From: Gemmatimonadota bacterium
GTDB lineage: Bacteria; Gemmatimonadota; Gemmatimonadetes; Gemmatimonadales; Gemmatimonadaceae
DNA length: 64,000 bases
Direction of reading: 5' to 3'
NCBI GenBank assembly: GCA_040389905.1
Contig: JAZJZK010000022.1
Location: forward strand, 1 to 64,000
The notes beneath the pieces are model-generated. The model ran no database searches. It had not been told where the DNA came from and saw nothing but the letters and a program-made list of their open reading frames with translations. Below are positions 1 through 9,875 of this stretch, one piece after another. The position numbers were made by a program, and so were the translations under genes. Each line of letters opens with the position of its first letter. The first letter of the stretch is position 1.

Positions 1-53
1 GCGGGTACGCCGGTTTTCGAGACCGGTGCTTTCAACCACTCAGCCACCTGTCC
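1..53 (-). tRNA. tRNA-Ser(CGA), 5' part; 3' end lies outside the window
   Basis: Reverse complement reads GGACAGGTGGCTGAGTGGTTGAAAGCACCGGTCTCGAAAACCGGCGTACCCGC: D-arm, anticodon stem CCGGT/ACCGG with CT-CGA-AA loop, start of long variable arm. Confidence 0.92.
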
Positions 54-66
54 GGAACAGCCAAGT

Positions 67-95
67 AATTTATCCAACGGCGTCTGGAGTGTCAA
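67..95 (-). promoter_or_regulatory. sigma70-type promoter for tRNA-Ser
   Basis: TTGACA (95-90), 17-nt spacer, TAAATT (72-67), just upstream of the tRNA 5' end. Confidence 0.75.
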
Positions 96-564
96 CGAAA
101 TCGCGACGCCGCTTGCTCGCGAAGAATGTCCGCAATACGGCCGCGGCCTCCGTTTCGAGCACACCACCTTTGACCTCCGGACGATGGTTCAGCCGCGGAT
201 GCCGGAGGATGTCGCCGGCGGAACCGGCCATGCCGGCGCGGTCATCCCACGCCCCGAACACGACGCGGTCGAGACGAGCGAGTACGATCGCGCCCGCGCA
301 CATGGCGCAGGGTTCGAGCGTCACGTACATCGTGCATCCCTCCAACCGCCACGAGCCGAGCGCGGCGCTCGCCGCGCGGATGACCAGTGTCTCCGCGTGC
401 GCCGTCGGATCCTGATCGCGGACCGTTCGGTTGTTCGCGCGTGCCAACTCGCGGTCTCCCTGGACCACGATAGCGCCAACCGGCACCTCGCCCGCCTCCG
501 CGGCCAGACGCGCTTCGTCAAGCGCGACGGACATCCATTTTTCGTCGTCGGCGTTTCGATTCAT
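70..564 (-). CDS. tadA: tRNA adenosine(34) deaminase TadA
   Basis: EVPVGA, AHAE and EPCAMCAGA motifs; start set at MNRNADDEKWM. Confidence 0.93.
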   Translation of the reverse strand: MNRNADDEKWMSVALDEARLAAEAGEVPVGAIVVQGDRELARANNRTVRDQDPTAHAETLVIRAASAALGSWRLEGCTMYVTLEPCAMCAGAIVLARLDRVVFGAWDDRAGMAGSAGDILRHPRLNHRPEVKGGVLETEAAAVLRTFFASKRRRDFVDTPDAVG

Positions 565-674
565 TCGAGGTCGCGGAAAGAGCGGAAGTTCAACTGACAA
601 CTGCGGAAGGTGCGGGCCCTTCGCTGCGCTCAAGGGCGACAAAACGGTCGGAAGAAACGGATAAGGCATGACAG

Positions 675-711
675 AAATCCGCGTCATCCGCTAAATCCGC
701 TCAATCCGCGT
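675..711. repeat. Short tandem ATCCGC-core repeats (4 units, ~9-nt period)
   Basis: AAATCCGCGTC-ATCCGCTAA-ATCCGCTCA-ATCCGCGT directly after the clpB stop. Confidence 0.6.
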
Positions 712-3333
712 TCATTCAGTTGCCGTTGCAGTTGAGGGAGGAGACGCCGGCGCCCGCTCGAACACGAGCGTTTGCCCCTCTCCTGCAGTCACCAGCACGC
801 GATCGCCTTCCTGATACTTGCCCTCGAGAATTTGCATCGCCAGCGGATTCTGGATCATCCGCTGAATGGCGCGCTTGAGTGGACGTGCGCCGAACGCCGG
901 ATCGTAGCCCGTCTCCGCAAGGAGCTTCCGTGCTTCGGGCGTCAGCTCGATCGTCAACTTGCGCTCGCCAAGGAGCTTCTCGAAGCGTTCGAGCTGGAGG
1001 CCGACGATGTGCTCGATCTGCTCGGTTCCCAGGGGGCGGAAGACGATGATGTCATCCACGCGATTCAGGAACTCGGGTTTGAAGTGCTGGCGCAACGTGC
1101 TCGTCACTTGTGTCTCGACGAGCGCCCAGTCGCCACCGGCGTGCTCGAGGATGTAATGGCTCCCGATGTTCGACGTCATGATGATGACGGTATTCCGGAA
1201 GTCCACGGTTCTCCCCTGCGAATCGGTCAGGCGACCGTCGTCGAGAATTTGCAACAGGATGTTGAAGACGTCGGGGTGCGCTTTCTCGATTTCATCGAAC
1301 AACACGACGGAATACGCACGACGACGCACCGCCTCCGTGAGCTGCCCGCCTTCCTCATAGCCGACATAGCCCGGTGGGGCGCCGATCAACCGAGCGACGG
1401 CATGCTTCTCCATGTACTCCGACATGTCGATGCGGACCATCGCCGCTTCGTCGTCGAACAAGAACTCCGCGAGAGCCCGCGCTGTTTCCGTCTTTCCCAC
1501 GCCCGTGGGCCCAAGGAAGATGAACGAGCCGATGGGGCGATTCGGGTCCTGAAGACCGGCACGTGAACGGCGAACGGCATTCGCCACGGCGGACACCGCT
1601 TCATCCTGCCCGACGACGCGGTGCGCGAGTTCCTTGTCCAGCTTCGTCAGCCGGTCGCGCTCGCCTTCGAGCATCCGCGTCACCGGAATGCCGGTCCACT
1701 TCGCGACGATCTCAGCGATGTCTTCCGCCCCGACCTCTTCCTTGAGGAACTGCGGCCGGCCGCCCACGCTCGCGAGCTTCGACTCGGCATCCTTCATTGC
1801 GCGCTCGAGCTCCGGAATGCGCCCGTAGCTGATCTCGGCGGCCAGTTGGAGGTCGCCCTTTCGAGACGCCTGCTCCGCTTCGACGCGTGCCTGGTCGATC
1901 TGCTGCTTGATCTTTCCGACGGCGCCGAGCGTCTCCTTTTCCTGTTGCCACTGTGCTTTCATCGCCGAGGACTTCTCCTTCAACTCGGCGAGCTCACGCT
2001 CGATGACTTTGCGGCGCTCGGTGGACGCCGCGTCTTTCTCCTTCTGCAGCGCAGTCCGCTCGATTTCGAGCTGCATCACGCGCCGCTCGACTTCGTCGAT
2101 CTCCTGCGGCATCGAATCGATCTCGATGCGCATGCGCGACGACGCTTCGTCCAGCAGGTCAATGGCCTTGTCGGGCAGGAAGCGGTCGCCGATGTAGCGG
2201 TGCGAGAGCGTCGCGGCCGCGATGACAGCGCCGTCGGTAATGCGCACGCCATGATGCGCCTCATAGCGCTCCTTGAGTCCGCGCAGAATGGCGATGGTGT
2301 TCTCGACCGATGGCTCACCGACGTATACCGGCTGAAAGCGTCGCTCGAGTGCAGCGTCCTTTTCGACATGCAGCCGGTATTCATCGAGCGTTGTGGCGCC
2401 GACGACGCGCAGCTCTCCCCGTGCGAGCATGGGTTTGAGCATCTGGCCTGCGTCCATCGAGCCTTCTGCCTTTCCCGCGCCGACGAGCGTGTGCATCTCG
2501 TCGATGAAGGTGATGAACTTGTCGCTGTCCTCGGTGAGTTCCTTGAGGACGGCCTTGAGGCGTTCCTCGAACTCTCCGCGAAACTTCGCCCCGGCGATGA
2601 GAGAGCCGAGATCGAGCGAGACAAGGCGCTTGTTCTTGAGGCCTTCCGGTACGTCGCCGTTGACGATGCGCTGCGCGAGTCCTTCAACGATGGCCGTCTT
2701 ACCAACGCCGGGTTCGCCGATGAGCACGGGGTTGTTTTTCGTGCGGCGCGAAAGAACCTGGACGACACGACGGATTTCTTCGTCGCGGCCGATGACCGGG
2801 TCCAGCTTGCCCTTCCGCGCGTCTTCGGTGAGATCGCGGGTGTAACGCTGGAGCGCCTGGTACTGATTCTCGGGGTTCTGATCGGTGACGCGGTGGGTGC
2901 CGCGAATGGCCTCGATCGCCTGGAGGAGCGCCTTGTGTGTTCCGCCGAGGGCATTCAGCAGGCTCTTGGTTTCCGTGCCCTTGGTCTCGGCGAGTGCAAG
3001 CAGGACATGTTCCGTGCTGATGTATTCATCGCCGAGCTTCTTGGCTTCCTTCTCAGCCTGATCGAAGACCGCGGTCAGCTCGCGCGACCAGGTCGGCGAC
3101 GCATCACTCTGCTTGGGATAGCGGCCGATCTCACGCGTGAGCGCCTCGCGAATTGCCGCAAGGTTGACCCCGAGCTTTTGAAGCGCCGGTACGACGATGC
3201 TCTCCTCCTGGCCCAGCATGACGAGGAGCAGGTGCGTGTCGTAGACGAGGGGATTGCCGCGACCGCGCGCGTCGGTCAATGCGTCGTTGAGCGCTTCGGT
3301 CGATTTTACGGTGAGCTTGTCTGGATTGATCAT
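712..3333 (-). CDS. clpB: ATP-dependent chaperone ClpB
   Basis: Two AAA+ modules ([16 protein letters not shown]), middle coiled-coil, [15 protein letters not shown]; start MINPDKLT. Confidence 0.97.
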   Translation of the reverse strand: MINPDKLTVKSTEALNDALTDARGRGNPLVYDTHLLLVMLGQEESIVVPALQKLGVNLAAIREALTREIGRYPKQSDASPTWSRELTAVFDQAEKEAKKLGDEYISTEHVLLALAETKGTETKSLLNALGGTHKALLQAIEAIRGTHRVTDQNPENQYQALQRYTRDLTEDARKGKLDPVIGRDEEIRRVVQVLSRRTKNNPVLIGEPGVGKTAIVEGLAQRIVNGDVPEGLKNKRLVSLDLGSLIAGAKFRGEFEERLKAVLKELTEDSDKFITFIDEMHTLVGAGKAEGSMDAGQMLKPMLARGELRVVGATTLDEYRLHVEKDAALERRFQPVYVGEPSVENTIAILRGLKERYEAHHGVRITDGAVIAAATLSHRYIGDRFLPDKAIDLLDEASSRMRIEIDSMPQEIDEVERRVMQLEIERTALQKEKDAASTERRKVIERELAELKEKSSAMKAQWQQEKETLGAVGKIKQQIDQARVEAEQASRKGDLQLAAEISYGRIPELERAMKDAESKLASVGGRPQFLKEEVGAEDIAEIVAKWTGIPVTRMLEGERDRLTKLDKELAHRVVGQDEAVSAVANAVRRSRAGLQDPNRPIGSFIFLGPTGVGKTETARALAEFLFDDEAAMVRIDMSEYMEKHAVARLIGAPPGYVGYEEGGQLTEAVRRRAYSVVLFDEIEKAHPDVFNILLQILDDGRLTDSQGRTVDFRNTVIIMTSNIGSHYILEHAGGDWALVETQVTSTLRQHFKPEFLNRVDDIIVFRPLGTEQIEHIVGLQLERFEKLLGERKLTIELTPEARKLLAETGYDPAFGARPLKRAIQRMIQNPLAMQILEGKYQEGDRVLVTAGEGQTLVFERAPASPPSTATATE

Positions 3334-3482
3334 GTCCGAATAGTACGAGACGTGAGCGCCGCGGGGTTCACAACCAACGCTTCCCGAAAGGCTGCGGATT
3401 CCGCGATCCGGCTGAATCTGCTCCAATGTTAGCGCTGGGCTGTCAGGAAAGATCCGACGCCTGAACAACAAACCCAGGCTGA

Positions 3483-3516
3483 AGGTGCAGATCCCTCGAC
3501 TTCGCTCGGGGCGACA
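3483..3516. repeat. REP-like element, half copy
   Basis: AGGTGCAGATCCCTCGACTTCGCTCGGG is identical over 28 bp to 32879-32906. Confidence 0.8.
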
Positions 3517-3550
3517 TCCCCAGCGTTTCGCTCGCAACAGTCATGCTGGT

Positions 3551-3586
3551 AAAACAAGAAGCGCCCGGGAAAAGTCCCCGGGCGCC
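3551..3586 (-). terminator. Intrinsic terminator
   Basis: GCGCCCGGG/CCCGGGCGC stem followed on minus strand by TTCTTGTTTT, downstream of gene 3603-4028. Confidence 0.75.
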
Positions 3587-3602
3587 GTGTTCTCGTGTGC
3601 AG

Positions 3603-4028
3603 TTACTTCGCTACGAACATCCTGTTCGCTGAAGGTACGCCATCAACTTTCAAAACGTAGACATACACGCCGGACGCTGCTTCACGTCCTGTACTGCGAA
3701 TCTTTCCATCCCACCGTGCGGTGTACTTCCCGCAGGTCAACTTCAGATTCTCTGTTGGCGTGCCCGGTCCATCGAGGATCGGGATGGCAACCAACTGCGA
3801 CAACACGTTGTAAACCTGTAACGACACTGTGTACTGCCGCGACGCATTCCCATCACACTCTATTCCAAAGGGAATCGTCGTTTCGGGATTGAATGGGTTC
3901 GGGTAGTTCTGCCCGAGAACCCCTGCCTTGCGCGAGGGCTGCGGTGACGTTTGCTGCCCCGCCGCTTGCTTTGCCGGGAGTGCGCAAAGGGCGAGCACAA
4001 GCGCAAGTGCTGCCCAGCGGTGGTACAT
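3603..4028 (-). CDS. Small secreted protein, FlgD Ig-like / T9SS type A sorting-like domain only
   Basis: Signal peptide then LGQNYPNPFNPETTI...VYN...WDG...ASGVYVY. Confidence 0.75.
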   Translation of the reverse strand: MYHRWAALALVLALCALPAKQAAGQQTSPQPSRKAGVLGQNYPNPFNPETTIPFGIECDGNASRQYTVSLQVYNVLSQLVAIPILDGPGTPTENLKLTCGKYTARWDGKIRSTGREAASGVYVYVLKVDGVPSANRMFVAK

Positions 4029-4103
4029 GTGAACTCCGGATGACGAAACAGGATCCTGGTGCTGCTCCTGTGACGGGTGAATGAAGGATGCTGCCGTATA
4101 GCA

Positions 4104-4132
4104 ATAGTACGGCGATTGCTAGCGCGTGTCAA
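4104..4132 (-). promoter_or_regulatory. Near-consensus sigma70 promoter
   Basis: TTGACA (4132-4127), 17 nt, TACTAT (4109-4104). Confidence 0.75.
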
Positions 4133-4159
4133 GACGGCCTCGACTTGAGGTTCGCGCAC

Positions 4160-6013
4160 TCACTTCGAGTGCCGTATGAACCGTCTGCCCTGCCCTGTCC
4201 GCTTCGTATAACCCTCTATATCACAATACTCTAGGAATGGTATCATAAACTTTCTTGTGAAGCCTAGAAGCTCACGAAGTTCCGACGGCGCGTACTCCCG
4301 GTCGTCGGTCATTCCGTCTCGAAGTTTGTCCAGTAAACCGCGGACGACATCGCTTGCATAGTACCGCGCCGACTCAACCACGACGACACGCCGCTCCCGC
4401 GCCAGCCAACGGAGGACGTCCAACACATCGCGCTCAGTCTCCGAAACCAACAACGCCAATTCTTCGACGGTCGGGGGCTCGCTGCCAGCCCGCTCTAATG
4501 CCGTCAGGACGGCGCCGGCAAGCTCCGCCTGATTCGCCGAAAGGGTCGATACGAAGCCCGGAAGGCAGGCCAAACCATTCGTACACACCAGCCGGCCCTC
4601 CGCCGTCAGCGCCGCCAGGAGAGCGTCGGCAACCGCGTCACCGGCACCTGACTTCGAGCGCAACCACTGCAGCGGTGCGCCAGGCTCGAGCGGATGCTCG
4701 CGGTGATAGGCGCCAATACTCGCCAGCAGAGCGTCATCGATCCGCTGCCGAGCACCACCGGATAGATATCGTTGGCCAGCCCGCCAACCGGAGGCGCCGA
4801 GCAGGAGCGAGTCGATATCTGCGGGATGAATCCCGAGCCGAACGGGCAGATCCGCCAGCAGGATTCCCGTCGATCCCGCCTCGTCCGCCATCAATCCGAG
4901 CATCGTGAGTGGACTGCGATCGCCTTCAGGCCACGGGCGGGCGCGCGACGGAGCGGCCGGGTCGACCACCGTACCGCCACCGAGCGTAACGACGGGCGAC
5001 GCCGAGCGAAGGACGAACCGGTCCCCTGCCCTCACGACCACCGGGTCGTCCACGACAATGCGTACTGGAGCGGAGTCTCCGGCCTCGAGCGCATCGGCGC
5101 GTGCGACCATCCGGGCGCCAACATCGTTGGTTCCGATATGCAGCCGGACCTTGGATCGGGGACCAAACGCGGCACCGTGCCCCTCGAGCATCGCTACGTC
5201 AGCGCGGAGCACGCGACTCGGCTTCCACCCGTCTCCCTGAACGAGCACGGCACCGCGAGCGACCTCCGACAGTTCGACACCGGCAAGCGCGACCGCGGCC
5301 CTGTCACCCGCCGTCACGCGTTCCACGGCGCTCCCATGGATCTGGAGACCACGAACACGCACCATCTTGTCACCGGGATACAGGCGCGCCGTACCGTCGC
5401 GCGGAATCGAGCCGGACCACACGGTGCCCGTCACAACCGTCCCGGTGCCTCGTACCGTGAATGCCCGGTCGACGGGCAGACGAAAGAGATCGTCGGCAGC
5501 GCGCGCTGGAACGCCTGCCGCGGCGCGAGCGAGTGCCGCCCTGAGTTCGTCCAATCCCATGCCCGTATGTGCCGATACGCGAACAATCGGTACGTCCGCG
5601 AGCGTCGACATCGCCAGCGTGGCGCGGAGATCCTCTTCGACCAGCTGAAGCCAGTCCTCGTCGGCGAGATCGCACTTGGTGATGGCCGCCACACCATTCC
5701 TGACCCCGAGGATGCTGAGAATGGCGAGGTGCTCACGCGTCTGCGGCATGACGCCGGCGTCTGCGGCAATGGTCAGGAGCGCCAGGTCGATTCCCGTGGC
5801 GCCCGCAACCATGGTGCGCACGAATGCTTCATGGCCGGGCACGTCGATGACGCCGACGGTGCCAACCCCTGCAAGCTCGAGCGGTGCGAACCCAAGGTCG
5901 ATGGTGATGCCTCGTCGCTTTTCCTCGGGCAAACGGTCGGTATCGACGCCGGTCAGCGCGCGGACGAGCGCGGTCTTTCCGTGATCGACATGCCCTGCGG
6001 TGCCGAGGATCAT
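4160..6013 (-). CDS. selB: Selenocysteine-specific elongation factor SelB
   Basis: GTAGHVDHGKT, RGITIDLGF, DVPGHE, C-terminal winged-helix end (TRKFMIPFLEYCD). Confidence 0.95.
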   Translation of the reverse strand: MILGTAGHVDHGKTALVRALTGVDTDRLPEEKRRGITIDLGFAPLELAGVGTVGVIDVPGHEAFVRTMVAGATGIDLALLTIAADAGVMPQTREHLAILSILGVRNGVAAITKCDLADEDWLQLVEEDLRATLAMSTLADVPIVRVSAHTGMGLDELRAALARAAAGVPARAADDLFRLPVDRAFTVRGTGTVVTGTVWSGSIPRDGTARLYPGDKMVRVRGLQIHGSAVERVTAGDRAAVALAGVELSEVARGAVLVQGDGWKPSRVLRADVAMLEGHGAAFGPRSKVRLHIGTNDVGARMVARADALEAGDSAPVRIVVDDPVVVRAGDRFVLRSASPVVTLGGGTVVDPAAPSRARPWPEGDRSPLTMLGLMADEAGSTGILLADLPVRLGIHPADIDSLLLGASGWRAGQRYLSGGARQRIDDALLASIGAYHREHPLEPGAPLQWLRSKSGAGDAVADALLAALTAEGRLVCTNGLACLPGFVSTLSANQAELAGAVLTALERAGSEPPTVEELALLVSETERDVLDVLRWLARERRVVVVESARYYASDVVRGLLDKLRDGMTDDREYAPSELRELLGFTRKFMIPFLEYCDIEGYTKRTGQGRRFIRHSK

Positions 6014-6023
6014 GTCGGTCGCG

Positions 6024-6776
6024 CTACCATCGCTGCTCTTCCCACATTTCCATGGCCCGCAAAGGCCGTCCATCCGTCAGATGCTCGGCGAGGAACTCGC
6101 GCAGCAATCTCTGGTGGGCGCGTGTCTCCGCGTCGCCGAGGGGAAGTCCGGCGTCGCCCGCGAGGTAGCGCCGGAGCGAGTTCCTCGCGTCGGCCGGCAG
6201 CAGGCGGCCTGCGGGTGCCGTGCGTCCGCAGCGATTGCACAGCGCGCCACCGGCGACGTGACTGAATAGCACCCTCGCCTCAGGATCGAGCGGCGCGTGG
6301 CATTCCCCGCACACGTCGAGCGCCGGGGCAAATCCGAGTTCGGCCACGATGCGCCATGCACTCGCGAGCGTTGCCGTGAGCGCTTCGTCGGTCGCCGCAA
6401 TGGCCAGTGCGTCCAACGCATCGGCAACTGCGTCGAACAGACCGCTGTCCGCGGCCTCGCGACCGAAGCGCAGCGTGAGCTCGGCAATGGCCGAGGCTCC
6501 GGCGAAGCGGCCCATGTCCTCGCCGAGTGACGGGCGAGCGCGGACGACGTCGAATCCGCCAAGGGTGTCGAGATCACGGCCGGGCTTGGCGTGGAGTTGC
6601 GCGCTGCCCTGCGCGAACAGGTCCAATGCGCTTCCGAAGCGCCGCGACGCACGTCGCGCTCCCTTGGCGAGCACGCTGCGCACCCCTCCGTCTCGGGTAA
6701 CGAGACGGAGGATGCGGGACGATTCGAGATAGTCGAAGGAATGCAGGACGATCGCGTCGGTGGCGAGAAGGGCCAT
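6024..6776 (-). CDS. recO: DNA repair protein RecO
   Basis: N-terminal OB fold (DAIVL...AKGAR), CxxC...CxxC zinc motif. Confidence 0.9.
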   Translation of the reverse strand: MALLATDAIVLHSFDYLESSRILRLVTRDGGVRSVLAKGARRASRRFGSALDLFAQGSAQLHAKPGRDLDTLGGFDVVRARPSLGEDMGRFAGASAIAELTLRFGREAADSGLFDAVADALDALAIAATDEALTATLASAWRIVAELGFAPALDVCGECHAPLDPEARVLFSHVAGGALCNRCGRTAPAGRLLPADARNSLRRYLAGDAGLPLGDAETRAHQRLLREFLAEHLTDGRPLRAMEMWEEQRW

Positions 6777-6806
6777 GCGCGAAACATAGTTGGGGGCTAC
6801 GACCGA

Positions 6807-7067
6807 CAACTGACGTACCGGGTACGTAGTACAACCACTTACGTACGACGTACTCTGACACGGTACCGTGACTGGCATAGTGACCAAAGAGAGCCCTCGA
6901 CAGCGGTGTCAGGAATAACGACGTTCGCTACTACGGACGGCGTGTGGCGCTGGGTCGATCCGATCGATTGTGTCGATGACTCTCTTTGGATTGGATGCCA
7001 GTCCGGGTACAGGGTCCGCGTACTTCGTACGTATGTGCTTGTACCCGGTACCTTCGTACGTCAGTTG
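6807..7067. repeat. ~260-bp imperfect inverted repeat built of GTAC-core heptamers
   Basis: Paired blocks CAACTGACGTAC/GTACGTCAGTTG, GTACCGGGTAC/GTACCCGGTAC, GACTGGCA/TGCCAGTC, CCAAAGAGAG/CTCTCTTTGG. Confidence 0.8.
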
Positions 7068-7070
7068 CCT

Positions 7071-9059
7071 CTAGAATACGAGCCTCAATCCCGCCAGCAC
7101 TCGCCGCCCTGCGCCGCGGTAGCCCGTCGCCGCAACCGACGCCGCATCGGACCGCGCGAAGTCATAGTTGAAGCCAGCGACATCTGTGTAGCGCACGTCG
7201 AATACATTCTCGACGCGGAGCGTAGCGGTCACCTTCACTCGCTGGTCGGTTGGCAGCACGACCTCACCGGAGAGATCGGCGCGCGTGTATGGCGACAGCG
7301 TCACGTGCTTCACCGAGAAGTCGGGCGCGTAATAGTTGTCTTCCCGTGGTCCGACATGGTGTGCGCGCGCATCGACGCTTCCTCTCGCGCCATGATAGCC
7401 AACGCCAGCGTCGATCGTGTGCATTGGACGGCGAAGCAGGTGCGCACCAGGCGCAAACGCTGCCGTGACCGCCTTGCTTGTGCCTGGATCGATGACTTTC
7501 GTATCGAGATAGGTGACCGCCGCGTCAGCCGTGACCCCAGAACGCGGAAGGGTGCGCGCCTCGAGCTCGATGCCGGACGTCTTCGTGCGCGCCAGGTTGA
7601 AATAGTTCGGGGCGGTCGCGGAGTACTTGTAGTCGATGAGGTCACGAAATGAATTGGCGAAGAAGGTGGCGCCAACAGTCGCGACCGACGCGAGTTCCTG
7701 CTCCAGCCCCACGTCAAAGCTCAGGGCATGCTCCGGCGCGAGGTTCGGATTGCCGATGCTGAACGCGCCGTCGAAGTTTTCGAGAAAGGTGGGCTCCCGA
7801 AACGCGGTGCCGACGCTCGCGCGGATTCGGGTATCGCTCTCGAGGCTCGCAGACGCGGCGGCGCGGTAGGTGAAATAGTCCCCGAAGGTTTCGTTGTGCT
7901 CGAAGCGGCCGCCGGCGGTCAGCGTGTACATGTCGATGGGCGAGTACAGCGCCTGGGCGAACACACCGGAGGTTCGCCGGTTCGCCGTGAAGGCGCTCGG
8001 ACCGTAGTTGCTCTGCGTGGAGCTGTTCTGCCATTGGCGCTCGACCTGCGCGCCGAGTGACAGGTGCAGATCGGAGCGCGCATCGACGTTCAGGCGCAAC
8101 TCACCACTGCGGCGGCGCGAACGATCGGAGGTGCTGAAATAGTACCCGCCCACATCGCCCTTGCTGTCCGCCTGGTCGTCGGTGGCAGCATGGATGTCGT
8201 AGGACGAGAGGGCAAACCGCACTTCCGTGGCCGGCGCGAGCCGATATCCTGCGTCGATGCCGACGGACAGTCGGCCGTCCTTGCGCACCGCGTTGCTGTC
8301 CACGACCTGGCCGGATCCGTCGGTCGGATAGTGGAATTCATTGTCGCTGTACCGCAGCGAGAGACGACCGTCAAAGCCGTTTCGGTGTGTGCCGACGAGC
8401 GCGCTGCCGACGCTCTGCGCGTAGCGACTGTTGAATGCCTGAATGCCGTCGGTGGAGTGCCGCGCGCCACTCAGCGAATAGTTGACATCATCTCCAGCGC
8501 CGCGGACCGACGCGTCTGCGTCATAACTGCCGAAACCGCCGCCACGCGCCGATGATTCGATGTGCGGACGTCCGTCACCGGCGCGCGTAAAGAGCTGCAC
8601 CACGCCCGCCATGGCGTCGGACCCATAGAGCACGCTCGCGGGACCGCGCACGACCTCGATGCGATCGATGTTATCGGTGCTGAGTGTCGAGAAGTCGAAG
8701 GCGCCGCCTGCATCGTTTACGGGAACACCGTCCACGAGCACCTTCACGAACTTGCTTTCTCCACCGCGCATGAAGAGCGACGTCGCGCCACCGAACGAAC
8801 CCGTCTGCACAACGGAGACGCCGGGAACCTGGCGCAGCGCGTCGAGGACCGTCGTGATGCCCTGTTGCCGCAGCTGGTCACCAGTGATGACCGAAACGGA
8901 TGCGGGCGAGCGTCCTGCGGTGAGCGGCGAGCGCGTGGCGGTGATGACGATCGGCGCGGTGCGCGCCGTGTCCCGCGCAATTTGCGCGGAGAGCGCAGCC
9001 GGGACGAGCGCGAGAGCGAGCGAGAAATGGCGTGAGCGTTTCATCTTCCGGTTAACCAT
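7071..9059 (-). CDS. btuB: TonB-dependent receptor, probable cobalamin transporter BtuB (alternative start 9044)
   Basis: Signal peptide, TonB box IVITATR, plug RIEVVRGPASVLYGSDAMAGVV, C-terminal Phe; last gene of riboswitch operon. Confidence 0.8.
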   Translation of the reverse strand: MVNRKMKRSRHFSLALALVPAALSAQIARDTARTAPIVITATRSPLTAGRSPASVSVITGDQLRQQGITTVLDALRQVPGVSVVQTGSFGGATSLFMRGGESKFVKVLVDGVPVNDAGGAFDFSTLSTDNIDRIEVVRGPASVLYGSDAMAGVVQLFTRAGDGRPHIESSARGGGFGSYDADASVRGAGDDVNYSLSGARHSTDGIQAFNSRYAQSVGSALVGTHRNGFDGRLSLRYSDNEFHYPTDGSGQVVDSNAVRKDGRLSVGIDAGYRLAPATEVRFALSSYDIHAATDDQADSKGDVGGYYFSTSDRSRRRSGELRLNVDARSDLHLSLGAQVERQWQNSSTQSNYGPSAFTANRRTSGVFAQALYSPIDMYTLTAGGRFEHNETFGDYFTYRAAASASLESDTRIRASVGTAFREPTFLENFDGAFSIGNPNLAPEHALSFDVGLEQELASVATVGATFFANSFRDLIDYKYSATAPNYFNLARTKTSGIELEARTLPRSGVTADAAVTYLDTKVIDPGTSKAVTAAFAPGAHLLRRPMHTIDAGVGYHGARGSVDARAHHVGPREDNYYAPDFSVKHVTLSPYTRADLSGEVVLPTDQRVKVTATLRVENVFDVRYTDVAGFNYDFARSDAASVAATGYRGAGRRVLAGLRLVF

Positions 9060-9074
9060 GATGGAGGGACAGCA

Positions 9075-9875
9075 CTACGACGCGCGATCGCCGCGAGGGC
9101 GAGCGCGCAAAGGAACAAGGGTGGGGGAGCCGACCGCAGGATCGCGCGTGACGACGAGCGGCCATTCGTACACGCGCTCGAGTGTTGCACCCTGCATCAC
9201 CGCGGCGGGCGTACCTGCCGCCTCCACGCGTCCCCTGTGTAAGAGGATCATGTGTTCGGCGAATCGAGCCACGAGGTTGAGCTGGTGACTGACGAGCAGC
9301 ACCGCCTGTCGCTCGGCAGCAAGCCGGCCGAGCAGTTCGAAGATTGCCATTTCGTGCGCGATGTCGAGAAAGGTCGTCGGTTCATCGAGCACAACGGCGT
9401 CTCCACCCTGTGCGAGCGCACGCGCGAGACGCACCCGCTGCCACTCGCCGCCAGACAGCTCATTGATCGCTCGGTCCGCGAAGCCAGCCGTCTCCGTCAG
9501 CTCGACCGCGCGGTCGACCGCAACACGATCGACATGTGAATGCGAGCGCCAGAGCCCAAGATGCGGATGTCGCCCGAGCGCGATGTACTCACGAACGCGG
9601 AGCGGGAACGCAGGTTCTTCGCGTTGCGTAACGATGGCGACACGCTTCGCGAAGTCCCGCCGGCGCCCAGGTACGAGCGGCGTGGCATCGAGCGCAATAA
9701 CTCCGGACTCGAGCGGCATGCTCCCCACCAGCGCTCGAATGAGTGTGCTCTTGCCGCTGCCATTCGGCCCCACGACCGCGGTAATGCGCCCGCGCTCGGC
9801 GTCGAGGGAGACGCCGTCCAGTGCGGCGAGTCGCTCTCGCGGATAGCGCACCACGACGTCGCGAAAGCTGATCAT
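9075..9875 (-). CDS. Cobalamin/iron-chelate ABC transporter ATPase (BtuD-like)
   Basis: GPNGSGKS, LSGGEWQR, LDEPT. Confidence 0.88.
   Translation of the reverse strand: MISFRDVVVRYPRERLAALDGVSLDAERGRITAVVGPNGSGKSTLIRALVGSMPLESGVIALDATPLVPGRRRDFAKRVAIVTQREEPAFPLRVREYIALGRHPHLGLWRSHSHVDRVAVDRAVELTETAGFADRAINELSGGEWQRVRLARALAQGGDAVVLDEPTTFLDIAHEMAIFELLGRLAAERQAVLLVSHQLNLVARFAEHMILLHRGRVEAAGTPAAVMQGATLERVYEWPLVVTRDPAVGSPTLVPLRARPRGDRAS

Noticed and set aside
1..53. tRNA as an island integration site
   Set aside because: The 3' end lies outside the window and no duplicated tRNA fragment or integrase is visible.
772..3432. Long + strand ORFs opposite clpB (264 and 603 aa)
   Set aside because: Antisense shadows of a high-GC3 gene; no recognisable motifs.
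4160..6013. UGA-recoded selenoprotein near selB
   Set aside because: No gene in the window showed an in-frame TGA at a Cys position; selA, selC and selD were not seen.
6807..7067. Possible CRISPR array in the repeat-rich intergenic regions
   Set aside because: No identical direct repeats with unique constant-length spacers, and no cas genes.
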